Source: Naegleria gruberi (lineage: Eukaryota). From it: a stretch of DNA of 64,000 nt. Below are positions 1 to 12,000 of the stretch, piece after piece. The stretch lies in assembly GCA_000004985.1 (NCBI GenBank), contig GG738894.1. One strand, 5' to 3'. The translations under genes and the position numbers were made by a program. Position 1 is the first letter of the stretch; each line of letters begins with the position of its first letter. A model generated the notes under the pieces. That model was not told the origin of the DNA, did not search any database, and saw only the letters and a program-made list of their open reading frames with translations.

Positions 1-3000
1 NNNNNNNNNNNNNNNNNNNNNNNNNNNNNNNNNNNNNNNNNNNNNNNNNNNNNNNNNNNNNNNNNNNNNNNNNNNNNNNNNNNNNNNNNNNNNNNNNNNN
101 NNNNNNNNNNNNNNNNNNNNNNNNNNNNNNNNNNNNNNNNNNNNNNNNNNNNNNNNNNNNNNNNNNNNNNNNNNNNNNNNNNNNNNNNNNNNNNNNNNNN
201 NNNNNNNNNNNNNNNNNNNNNNNNNNNNNNNNNNNNNNNNNNNNNNNNNNNNNNNNNNNNNNNNNNNNNNNNNNNNNNNNNNNNNNNNNNNNNNNNNNNN
301 NNNNNNNNNNNNNNNNNNNNNNNNNNNNNNNNNNNNNNNNNNNNNNNNNNNNNNNNNNNNNNNNNNNNNNNNNNNNNNNNNNNNNNNNNNNNNNNNNNNN
401 NNNNNNNNNNNNNNNNNNNNNNNNNNNNNNNNNNNNNNNNNNNNNNNNNNNNNNNNNNNNNNNNNNNNNNNNNNNNNNNNNNNNNNNNNNNNNNNNNNNN
501 NNNNNNNNNNNNNNNNNNNNNNNNNNNNNNNNNNNNNNNNNNNNNNNNNNNNNNNNNNNNNNNNNNNNNNNNNNNNNNNNNNNNNNNNNNNNNNNNNNNN
601 NNNNNNNNNNNNNNNNNNNNNNNNNNNNNNNNNNNNNNNNNNNNNNNNNNNNNNNNNNNNNNNNNNNNNNNNNNNNNNNNNNNNNNNNNNNNNNNNNNNN
701 NNNNNNNNNNNNNNNNNNNNNNNNNNNNNNNNNNNNNNNNNNNNNNNNNNNNNNNNNNNNNNNNNNNNNNNNNNNNNNNNNNNNNNNNNNNNNNNNNNNN
801 NNNNNNNNNNNNNNNNNNNNNNNNNNNNNNNNNNNNNNNNNNNNNNNNNNNNNNNNNNNNNNNNNNNNNNNNNNNNNNNNNNNNNNNNNNNNNNNNNNNN
901 NNNNNNNNNNNNNNNNNNNNNNNNNNNNNNNNNNNNNNNNNNNNNNNNNNNNNNNNNNNNNNNNNNNNNNNNNNNNNNNNNNNNNNNNNNNNNNNNNNNN
1001 NNNNNNNNNNNNNNNNNNNNNNNNNNNNNNNNNNNNNNNNNNNNNNNNNNNNNNNNNNNNNNNNNNNNNNNNNNNNNNNNNNNNNNNNNNNNNNNNNNNN
1101 NNNNNNNNNNNNNNNNNNNNNNNNNNNNNNNNNNNNNNNNNNNNNNNNNNNNNNNNNNNNNNNNNNNNNNNNNNNNNNNNNNNNNNNNNNNNNNNNNNNN
1201 NNNNNNNNNNNNNNNNNNNNNNNNNNNNNNNNNNNNNNNNNNNNNNNNNNNNNNNNNNNNNNNNNNNNNNNNNNNNNNNNNNNNNNNNNNNNNNNNNNNN
1301 NNNNNNNNNNNNNNNNNNNNNNNNNNNNNNNNNNNNNNNNNNNNNNNNNNNNNNNNNNNNNNNNNNNNNNNNNNNNNNNNNNNNNNNNNNNNNNNNNNNN
1401 NNNNNNNNNNNNNNNNNNNNNNNNNNNNNNNNNNNNNNNNNNNNNNNNNNNNNNNNNNNNNNNNNNNNNNNNNNNNNNNNNNNNNNNNNNNNNNNNNNNN
1501 NNNNNNNNNNNNNNNNNNNNNNNNNNNNNNNNNNNNNNNNNNNNNNNNNNNNNNNNNNNNNNNNNNNNNNNNNNNNNNNNNNNNNNNNNNNNNNNNNNNN
1601 NNNNNNNNNNNNNNNNNNNNNNNNNNNNNNNNNNNNNNNNNNNNNNNNNNNNNNNNNNNNNNNNNNNNNNNNNNNNNNNNNNNNNNNNNNNNNNNNNNNN
1701 NNNNNNNNNNNNNNNNNNNNNNNNNNNNNNNNNNNNNNNNNNNNNNNNNNNNNNNNNNNNNNNNNNNNNNNNNNNNNNNNNNNNNNNNNNNNNNNNNNNN
1801 NNNNNNNNNNNNNNNNNNNNNNNNNNNNNNNNNNNNNNNNNNNNNNNNNNNNNNNNNNNNNNNNNNNNNNNNNNNNNNNNNNNNNNNNNNNNNNNNNNNN
1901 NNNNNNNNNNNNNNNNNNNNNNNNNNNNNNNNNNNNNNNNNNNNNNNNNNNNNNNNNNNNNNNNNNNNNNNNNNNNNNNNNNNNNNNNNNNNNNNNNNNN
2001 NNNNNNNNNNNNNNNNNNNNNNNNNNNNNNNNNNNNNNNNNNNNNNNNNNNNNNNNNNNNNNNNNNNNNNNNNNNNNNNNNNNNNNNNNNNNNNNNNNNN
2101 NNNNNNNNNNNNNNNNNNNNNNNNNNNNNNNNNNNNNNNNNNNNNNNNNNNNNNNNNNNNNNNNNNNNNNNNNNNNNNNNNNNNNNNNNNNNNNNNNNNN
2201 NNNNNNNNNNNNNNNNNNNNNNNNNNNNNNNNNNNNNNNNNNNNNNNNNNNNNNNNNNNNNNNNNNNNNNNNNNNNNNNNNNNNNNNNNNNNNNNNNNNN
2301 NNNNNNNNNNNNNNNNNNNNNNNNNNNNNNNNNNNNNNNNNNNNNNNNNNNNNNNNNNNNNNNNNNNNNNNNNNNNNNNNNNNNNNNNNNNNNNNNNNNN
2401 NNNNNNNNNNNNNNNNNNNNNNNNNNNNNNNNNNNNNNNNNNNNNNNNNNNNNNNNNNNNNNNNNNNNNNNNNNNNNNNNNNNNNNNNNNNNNNNNNNNN
2501 NNNNNNNNNNNNNNNNNNNNNNNNNNNNNNNNNNNNNNNNNNNNNNNNNNNNNNNNNNNNNNNNNNNNNNNNNNNNNNNNNNNNNNNNNNNNNNNNNNNN
2601 NNNNNNNNNNNNNNNNNNNNNNNNNNNNNNNNNNNNNNNNNNNNNNNNNNNNNNNNNNNNNNNNNNNNNNNNNNNNNNNNNNNNNNNNNNNNNNNNNNNN
2701 NNNNNNNNNNNNNNNNNNNNNNNNNNNNNNNNNNNNNNNNNNNNNNNNNNNNNNNNNNNNNNNNNNNNNNNNNNNNNNNNNNNNNNNNNNNNNNNNNNNN
2801 NNNNNNNNNNNNNNNNNNNNNNNNNNNNNNNNNNNNNNNNNNNNNNNNNNNNNNNNNNNNNNNNNNNNNNNNNNNNNNNNNNNNNNNNNNNNNNNNNNNN
2901 NNNNNNNNNNNNNNNNNNNNNNNNNNNNNNNNNNNNNNNNNNNNNNNNNNNNNNNNNNNNNNNNNNNNNNNNNNNNNNNNNNNNNNNNNNNNNNNNNNNN

Positions 3001-6000
3001 NNNNNNNNNNNNNNNNNNNNNNNNNNNNNNNNNNNNNNNNNNNNNNNNNNNNNNNNNNNNNNNNNNNNNNNNNNNNNNNNNNNNNNNNNNNNNNNNNNNN
3101 NNNNNNNNNNNNNNNNNNNNNNNNNNNNNNNNNNNNNNNNNNNNNNNNNNNNNNNNNNNNNNNNNNNNNNNNNNNNNNNNNNNNNNNNNNNNNNNNNNNN
3201 NNNNNNNNNNNNNNNNNNNNNNNNNNNNNNNNNNNNNNNNNNNNNNNNNNNNNNNNNNNNNNNNNNNNNNNNNNNNNNNNNNNNNNNNNNNNNNNNNNNN
3301 NNNNNNNNNNNNNNNNNNNNNNNNNNNNNNNNNNNNNNNNNNNNNNNNNNNNNNNNNNNNNNNNNNNNNNNNNNNNNNNNNNNNNNNNNNNNNNNNNNNN
3401 NNNNNNNNNNNNNNNNNNNNNNNNNNNNNNNNNNNNNNNNNNNNNNNNNNNNNNNNNNNNNNNNNNNNNNNNNNNNNNNNNNNNNNNNNNNNNNNNNNNN
3501 NNNNNNNNNNNNNNNNNNNNNNNNNNNNNNNNNNNNNNNNNNNNNNNNNNNNNNNNNNNNNNNNNNNNNNNNNNNNNNNNNNNNNNNNNNNNNNNNNNNN
3601 NNNNNNNNNNNNNNNNNNNNNNNNNNNNNNNNNNNNNNNNNNNNNNNNNNNNNNNNNNNNNNNNNNNNNNNNNNNNNNNNNNNNNNNNNNNNNNNNNNNN
3701 NNNNNNNNNNNNNNNNNNNNNNNNNNNNNNNNNNNNNNNNNNNNNNNNNNNNNNNNNNNNNNNNNNNNNNNNNNNNNNNNNNNNNNNNNNNNNNNNNNNN
3801 NNNNNNNNNNNNNNNNNNNNNNNNNNNNNNNNNNNNNNNNNNNNNNNNNNNNNNNNNNNNNNNNNNNNNNNNNNNNNNNNNNNNNNNNNNNNNNNNNNNN
3901 NNNNNNNNNNNNNNNNNNNNNNNNNNNNNNNNNNNNNNNNNNNNNNNNNNNNNNNNNNNNNNNNNNNNNNNNNNNNNNNNNNNNNNNNNNNNNNNNNNNN
4001 NNNNNNNNNNNNNNNNNNNNNNNNNNNNNNNNNNNNNNNNNNNNNNNNNNNNNNNNNNNNNNNNNNNNNNNNNNNNNNNNNNNNNNNNNNNNNNNNNNNN
4101 NNNNNNNNNNNNNNNNNNNNNNNNNNNNNNNNNNNNNNNNNNNNNNNNNNNNNNNNNNNNNNNNNNNNNNNNNNNNNNNNNNNNNNNNNNNNNNNNNNNN
4201 NNNNNNNNNNNNNNNNNNNNNNNNNNNNNNNNNNNNNNNNNNNNNNNNNNNNNNNNNNNNNNNNNNNNNNNNNNNNNNNNNNNNNNNNNNNNNNNNNNNN
4301 NNNNNNNNNNNNNNNNNNNNNNNNNNNNNNNNNNNNNNNNNNNNNNNNNNNNNNNNNNNNNNNNNNNNNNNNNNNNNNNNNNNNNNNNNNNNNNNNNNNN
4401 NNNNNNNNNNNNNNNNNNNNNNNNNNNNNNNNNNNNNNNNNNNNNNNNNNNNNNNNNNNNNNNNNNNNNNNNNNNNNNNNNNNNNNNNNNNNNNNNNNNN
4501 NNNNNNNNNNNNNNNNNNNNNNNNNNNNNNNNNNNNNNNNNNNNNNNNNNNNNNNNNNNNNNNNNNNNNNNNNNNNNNNNNNNNNNNNNNNNNNNNNNNN
4601 NNNNNNNNNNNNNNNNNNNNNNNNNNNNNNNNNNNNNNNNNNNNNNNNNNNNNNNNNNNNNNNNNNNNNNNNNNNNNNNNNNNNNNNNNNNNNNNNNNNN
4701 NNNNNNNNNNNNNNNNNNNNNNNNNNNNNNNNNNNNNNNNNNNNNNNNNNNNNNNNNNNNNNNNNNNNNNNNNNNNNNNNNNNNNNNNNNNNNNNNNNNN
4801 NNNNNNNNNNNNNNNNNNNNNNNNNNNNNNNNNNNNNNNNNNNNNNNNNNNNNNNNNNNNNNNNNNNNNNNNNNNNNNNNNNNNNNNNNNNNNNNNNNNN
4901 NNNNNNNNNNNNNNNNNNNNNNNNNNNNNNNNNNNNNNNNNNNNNNNNNNNNNNNNNNNNNNNNNNNNNNNNNNNNNNNNNNNNNNNNNNNNNNNNNNNN
5001 NNNNNNNNNNNNNNNNNNNNNNNNNNNNNNNNNNNNNNNNNNNNNNNNNNNNNNNNNNNNNNNNNNNNNNNNNNNNNNNNNNNNNNNNNNNNNNNNNNNN
5101 NNNNNNNNNNNNNNNNNNNNNNNNNNNNNNNNNNNNNNNNNNNNNNNNNNNNNNNNNNNNNNNNNNNNNNNNNNNNNNNNNNNNNNNNNNNNNNNNNNNN
5201 NNNNNNNNNNNNNNNNNNNNNNNNNNNNNNNNNNNNNNNNNNNNNNNNNNNNNNNNNNNNNNNNNNNNNNNNNNNNNNNNNNNNNNNNNNNNNNNNNNNN
5301 NNNNNNNNNNNNNNNNNNNNNNNNNNNNNNNNNNNNNNNNNNNNNNNNNNNNNNNNNNNNNNNNNNNNNNNNNNNNNNNNNNNNNNNNNNNNNNNNNNNN
5401 NNNNNNNNNNNNNNNNNNNNNNNNNNNNNNNNNNNNNNNNNNNNNNNNNNNNNNNNNNNNNNNNNNNNNNNNNNNNNNNNNNNNNNNNNNNNNNNNNNNN
5501 NNNNNNNNNNNNNNNNNNNNNNNNNNNNNNNNNNNNNNNNNNNNNNNNNNNNNNNNNNNNNNNNNNNNNNNNNNNNNNNNNNNNNNNNNNNNNNNNNNNN
5601 NNNNNNNNNNNNNNNNNNNNNNNNNNNNNNNNNNNNNNNNNNNNNNNNNNNNNNNNNNNNNNNNNNNNNNNNNNNNNNNNNNNNNNNNNNNNNNNNNNNN
5701 NNNNNNNNNNNNNNNNNNNNNNNNNNNNNNNNNNNNNNNNNNNNNNNNNNNNNNNNNNNNNNNNNNNNNNNNNNNNNNNNNNNNNNNNNNNNNNNNNNNN
5801 NNNNNNNNNNNNNNNNNNNNNNNNNNNNNNNNNNNNNNNNNNNNNNNNNNNNNNNNNNNNNNNNNNNNNNNNNNNNNNNNNNNNNNNNNNNNNNNNNNNN
5901 NNNNNNNNNNNNNNNNNNNNNNNNNNNNNNNNNNNNNNNNNNNNNNNNNNNNNNNNNNNNNNNNNNNNNNNNNNNNNNNNNNNNNNNNNNNNNNNNNNNN

Positions 6001-9000
6001 NNNNNNNNNNNNNNNNNNNNNNNNNNNNNNNNNNNNNNNNNNNNNNNNNNNNNNNNNNNNNNNNNNNNNNNNNNNNNNNNNNNNNNNNNNNNNNNNNNNN
6101 NNNNNNNNNNNNNNNNNNNNNNNNNNNNNNNNNNNNNNNNNNNNNNNNNNNNNNNNNNNNNNNNNNNNNNNNNNNNNNNNNNNNNNNNNNNNNNNNNNNN
6201 NNNNNNNNNNNNNNNNNNNNNNNNNNNNNNNNNNNNNNNNNNNNNNNNNNNNNNNNNNNNNNNNNNNNNNNNNNNNNNNNNNNNNNNNNNNNNNNNNNNN
6301 NNNNNNNNNNNNNNNNNNNNNNNNNNNNNNNNNNNNNNNNNNNNNNNNNNNNNNNNNNNNNNNNNNNNNNNNNNNNNNNNNNNNNNNNNNNNNNNNNNNN
6401 NNNNNNNNNNNNNNNNNNNNNNNNNNNNNNNNNNNNNNNNNNNNNNNNNNNNNNNNNNNNNNNNNNNNNNNNNNNNNNNNNNNNNNNNNNNNNNNNNNNN
6501 NNNNNNNNNNNNNNNNNNNNNNNNNNNNNNNNNNNNNNNNNNNNNNNNNNNNNNNNNNNNNNNNNNNNNNNNNNNNNNNNNNNNNNNNNNNNNNNNNNNN
6601 NNNNNNNNNNNNNNNNNNNNNNNNNNNNNNNNNNNNNNNNNNNNNNNNNNNNNNNNNNNNNNNNNNNNNNNNNNNNNNNNNNNNNNNNNNNNNNNNNNNN
6701 NNNNNNNNNNNNNNNNNNNNNNNNNNNNNNNNNNNNNNNNNNNNNNNNNNNNNNNNNNNNNNNNNNNNNNNNNNNNNNNNNNNNNNNNNNNNNNNNNNNN
6801 NNNNNNNNNNNNNNNNNNNNNNNNNNNNNNNNNNNNNNNNNNNNNNNNNNNNNNNNNNNNNNNNNNNNNNNNNNNNNNNNNNNNNNNNNNNNNNNNNNNN
6901 NNNNNNNNNNNNNNNNNNNNNNNNNNNNNNNNNNNNNNNNNNNNNNNNNNNNNNNNNNNNNNNNNNNNNNNNNNNNNNNNNNNNNNNNNNNNNNNNNNNN
7001 NNNNNNNNNNNNNNNNNNNNNNNNNNNNNNNNNNNNNNNNNNNNNNNNNNNNNNNNNNNNNNNNNNNNNNNNNNNNNNNNNNNNNNNNNNNNNNNNNNNN
7101 NNNNNNNNNNNNNNNNNNNNNNNNNNNNNNNNNNNNNNNNNNNNNNNNNNNNNNNNNNNNNNNNNNNNNNNNNNNNNNNNNNNNNNNNNNNNNNNNNNNN
7201 NNNNNNNNNNNNNNNNNNNNNNNNNNNNNNNNNNNNNNNNNNNNNNNNNNNNNNNNNNNNNNNNNNNNNNNNNNNNNNNNNNNNNNNNNNNNNNNNNNNN
7301 NNNNNNNNNNNNNNNNNNNNNNNNNNNNNNNNNNNNNNNNNNNNNNNNNNNNNNNNNNNNNNNNNNNNNNNNNNNNNNNNNNNNNNNNNNNNNNNNNNNN
7401 NNNNNNNNNNNNNNNNNNNNNNNNNNNNNNNNNNNNNNNNNNNNNNNNNNNNNNNNNNNNNNNNNNNNNNNNNNNNNNNNNNNNNNNNNNNNNNNNNNNN
7501 NNNNNNNNNNNNNNNNNNNNNNNNNNNNNNNNNNNNNNNNNNNNNNNNNNNNNNNNNNNNNNNNNNNNNNNNNNNNNNNNNNNNNNNNNNNNNNNNNNNN
7601 NNNNNNNNNNNNNNNNNNNNNNNNNNNNNNNNNNNNNNNNNNNNNNNNNNNNNNNNNNNNNNNNNNNNNNNNNNNNNNNNNNNNNNNNNNNNNNNNNNNN
7701 NNNNNNNNNNNNNNNNNNNNNNNNNNNNNNNNNNNNNNNNNNNNNNNNNNNNNNNNNNNNNNNNNNNNNNNNNNNNNNNNNNNNNNNNNNNNNNNNNNNN
7801 NNNNNNNNNNNNNNNNNNNNNNNNNNNNNNNNNNNNNNNNNNNNNNNNNNNNNNNNNNNNNNNNNNNNNNNNNNNNNNNNNNNNNNNNNNNNNNNNNNNN
7901 NNNNNNNNNNNNNNNNNNNNNNNNNNNNNNNNNNNNNNNNNNNNNNNNNNNNNNNNNNNNNNNNNNNNNNNNNNNNNNNNNNNNNNNNNNNNNNNNNNNN
8001 NNNNNNNNNNNNNNNNNNNNNNNNNNNNNNNNNNNNNNNNNNNNNNNNNNNNNNNNNNNNNNNNNNNNNNNNNNNNNNNNNNNNNNNNNNNNNNNNNNNN
8101 NNNNNNNNNNNNNNNNNNNNNNNNNNNNNNNNNNNNNNNNNNNNNNNNNNNNNNNNNNNNNNNNNNNNNNNNNNNNNNNNNNNNNNNNNNNNNNNNNNNN
8201 NNNNNNNNNNNNNNNNNNNNNNNNNNNNNNNNNNNNNNNNNNNNNNNNNNNNNNNNNNNNNNNNNNNNNNNNNNNNNNNNNNNNNNNNNNNNNNNNNNNN
8301 NNNNNNNNNNNNNNNNNNNNNNNNNNNNNNNNNNNNNNNNNNNNNNNNNNNNNNNNNNNNNNNNNNNNNNNNNNNNNNNNNNNNNNNNNNNNNNNNNNNN
8401 NNNNNNNNNNNNNNNNNNNNNNNNNNNNNNNNNNNNNNNNNNNNNNNNNNNNNNNNNNNNNNNNNNNNNNNNNNNNNNNNNNNNNNNNNNNNNNNNNNNN
8501 NNNNNNNNNNNNNNNNNNNNNNNNNNNNNNNNNNNNNNNNNNNNNNNNNNNNNNNNNNNNNNNNNNNNNNNNNNNNNNNNNNNNNNNNNNNNNNNNNNNN
8601 NNNNNNNNNNNNNNNNNNNNNNNNNNNNNNNNNNNNNNNNNNNNNNNNNNNNNNNNNNNNNNNNNNNNNNNNNNNNNNNNNNNNNNNNNNNNNNNNNNNN
8701 NNNNNNNNNNNNNNNNNNNNNNNNNNNNNNNNNNNNNNNNNNNNNNNNNNNNNNNNNNNNNNNNNNNNNNNNNNNNNNNNNNNNNNNNNNNNNNNNNNNN
8801 NNNNNNNNNNNNNNNNNNNNNNNNNNNNNNNNNNNNNNNNNNNNNNNNNNNNNNNNNNNNNNNNNNNNNNNNNNNNNNNNNNNNNNNNNNNNNNNNNNNN
8901 NNNNNNNNNNNNNNNNNNNNNNNNNNNNNNNNNNNNNNNNNNNNNNNNNNNNNNNNNNNNNNNNNNNNNNNNNNNNNNNNNNNNNNNNNNNNNNNNNNNN

Positions 9001-12000
9001 NNNNNNNNNNNNNNNNNNNNNNNNNNNNNNNNNNNNNNNNNNNNNNNNNNNNNNNNNNNNNNNNNNNNNNNNNNNNNNNNNNNNNNNNNNNNNNNNNNNN
9101 NNNNNNNNNNNNNNNNNNNNNNNNNNNNNNNNNNNNNNNNNNNNNNNNNNNNNNNNNNNNNNNNNNNNNNNNNNNNNNNNNNNNNNNNNNNNNNNNNNNN
9201 NNNNNNNNNNNNNNNNNNNNNNNNNNNNNNNNNNNNNNNNNNNNNNNNNNNNNNNNNNNNNNNNNNNNNNNNNNNNNNNNNNNNNNNNNNNNNNNNNNNN
9301 NNNNNNNNNNNNNNNNNNNNNNNNNNNNNNNNNNNNNNNNNNNNNNNNNNNNNNNNNNNNNNNNNNNNNNNNNNNNNNNNNNNNNNNNNNNNNNNNNNNN
9401 NNNNNNNNNNNNNNNNNNNNNNNNNNNNNNNNNNNNNNNNNNNNNNNNNNNNNNNNNNNNNNNNNNNNNNNNNNNNNNNNNNNNNNNNNNNNNNNNNNNN
9501 NNNNNNNNNNNNNNNNNNNNNNNNNNNNNNNNNNNNNNNNNNNNNNNNNNNNNNNNNNNNNNNNNNNNNNNNNNNNNNNNNNNNNNNNNNNNNNNNNNNN
9601 NNNNNNNNNNNNNNNNNNNNNNNNNNNNNNNNNNNNNNNNNNNNNNNNNNNNNNNNNNNNNNNNNNNNNNNNNNNNNNNNNNNNNNNNNNNNNNNNNNNN
9701 NNNNNNNNNNNNNNNNNNNNNNNNNNNNNNNNNNNNNNNNNNNNNNNNNNNNNNNNNNNNNNNNNNNNNNNNNNNNNNNNNNNNNNNNNNNNNNNNNNNN
9801 NNNNNNNNNNNNNNNNNNNNNNNNNNNNNNNNNNNNNNNNNNNNNNNNNNNNNNNNNNNNNNNNNNNNNNNNNNNNNNNNNNNNNNNNNNNNNNNNNNNN
9901 NNNNNNNNNNNNNNNNNNNNNNNNNNNNNNNNNNNNNNNNNNNNNNNNNNNNNNNNNNNNNNNNNNNNNNNNNNNNNNNNNNNNNNNNNNNNNNNNNNNN
10001 NNNNNNNNNNNNNNNNNNNNNNNNNNNNNNNNNNNNNNNNNNNNNNNNNNNNNNNNNNNNNNNNNNNNNNNNNNNNNNNNNNNNNNNNNNNNNNNNNNNN
10101 NNNNNNNNNNNNNNNNNNNNNNNNNNNNNNNNNNNNNNNNNNNNNNNNNNNNNNNNNNNNNNNNNNNNNNNNNNNNNNNNNNNNNNNNNNNNNNNNNNNN
10201 NNNNNNNNNNNNNNNNNNNNNNNNNNNNNNNNNNNNNNNNNNNNNNNNNNNNNNNNNNNNNNNNNNNNNNNNNNNNNNNNNNNNNNNNNNNNNNNNNNNN
10301 NNNNNNNNNNNNNNNNNNNNNNNNNNNNNNNNNNNNNNNNNNNNNNNNNNNNNNNNNNNNNNNNNNNNNNNNNNNNNNNNNNNNNNNNNNNNNNNNNNNN
10401 NNNNNNNNNNNNNNNNNNNNNNNNNNNNNNNNNNNNNNNNNNNNNNNNNNNNNNNNNNNNNNNNNNNNNNNNNNNNNNNNNNNNNNNNNNNNNNNNNNNN
10501 NNNNNNNNNNNNNNNNNNNNNNNNNNNNNNNNNNNNNNNNNNNNNNNNNNNNNNNNNNNNNNNNNNNNNNNNNNNNNNNNNNNNNNNNNNNNNNNNNNNN
10601 NNNNNNNNNNNNNNNNNNNNNNNNNNNNNNNNNNNNNNNNNNNNNNNNNNNNNNNNNNNNNNNNNNNNNNNNNNNNNNNNNNNNNNNNNNNNNNNNNNNN
10701 NNNNNNNNNNNNNNNNNNNNNNNNNNNNNNNNNNNNNNNNNNNNNNNNNNNNNNNNNNNNNNNNNNNNNNNNNNNNNNNNNNNNNNNNNNNNNNNNNNNN
10801 NNNNNNNNNNNNNNNNNNNNNNNNNNNNNNNNNNNNNNNNNNNNNNNNNNNNNNNNNNNNNNNNNNNNNNNNNNNNNNNNNNNNNNNNNNNNNNNNNNNN
10901 NNNNNNNNNNNNNNNNNNNNNNNNNNNNNNNNNNNNNNNNNNNNNNNNNNNNNNNNNNNNNNNNNNNNNNNNNNNNNNNNNNNNNNNNNNNNNNNNNNNN
11001 NNNNNNNNNNNNNNNNNNNNNNNNNNNNNNNNNNNNNNNNNNNNNNNNNNNNNNNNNNNNNNNNNNNNNNNNNNNNNNNNNNNNNNNNNNNNNNNNNNNN
11101 NNNNNNNNNNNNNNNNNNNNNNNNNNNNNNNNNNNNNNNNNNNNNNNNNNNNNNNNNNNNNNNNNNNNNNNNNNNNNNNNNNNNNNNNNNNNNNNNNNNN
11201 NNNNNNNNNNNNNNNNNNNNNNNNNNNNNNNNNNNNNNNNNNNNNNNNNNNNNNNNNNNNNNNNNNNNNNNNNNNNNNNNNNNNNNNNNNNNNNNNNNNN
11301 NNNNNNNNNNNNNNNNNNNNNNNNNNNNNNNNNNNNNNNNNNNNNNNNNNNNNNNNNNNNNNNNNNNNNNNNNNNNNNNNNNNNNNNNNNNNNNNNNNNN
11401 NNNNNNNNNNNNNNNNNNNNNNNNNNNNNNNNNNNNNNNNNNNNNNNNNNNNNNNNNNNNNNNNNNNNNNNNNNNNNNNNNNNNNNNNNNNNNNNNNNNN
11501 NNNNNNNNNNNNNNNNNNNNNNNNNNNNNNNNNNNNNNNNNNNNNNNNNNNNNNNNNNNNNNNNNNNNNNNNNNNNNNNNNNNNNNNNNNNNNNNNNNNN
11601 NNNNNNNNNNNNNNNNNNNNNNNNNNNNNNNNNNNNNNNNNNNNNNNNNNNNNNNNNNNNNNNNNNNNNNNNNNNNNNNNNNNNNNNNNNNNNNNNNNNN
11701 NNNNNNNNNNNNNNNNNNNNNNNNNNNNNNNNNNNNNNNNNNNNNNNNNNNNNNNNNNNNNNNNNNNNNNNNNNNNNNNNNNNNNNNNNNNNNNNNNNNN
11801 NNNNNNNNNNNNNNNNNNNNNNNNNNNNNNNNNNNNNNNNNNNNNNNNNNNNNNNNNNNNNNNNNNNNNNNNNNNNNNNNNNNNNNNNNNNNNNNNNNNN
11901 NNNNNNNNNNNNNNNNNNNNNNNNNNNNNNNNNNNNNNNNNNNNNNNNNNNNNNNNNNNNNNNNNNNNNNNNNNNNNNNNNNNNNNNNNNNNNNNNNNNN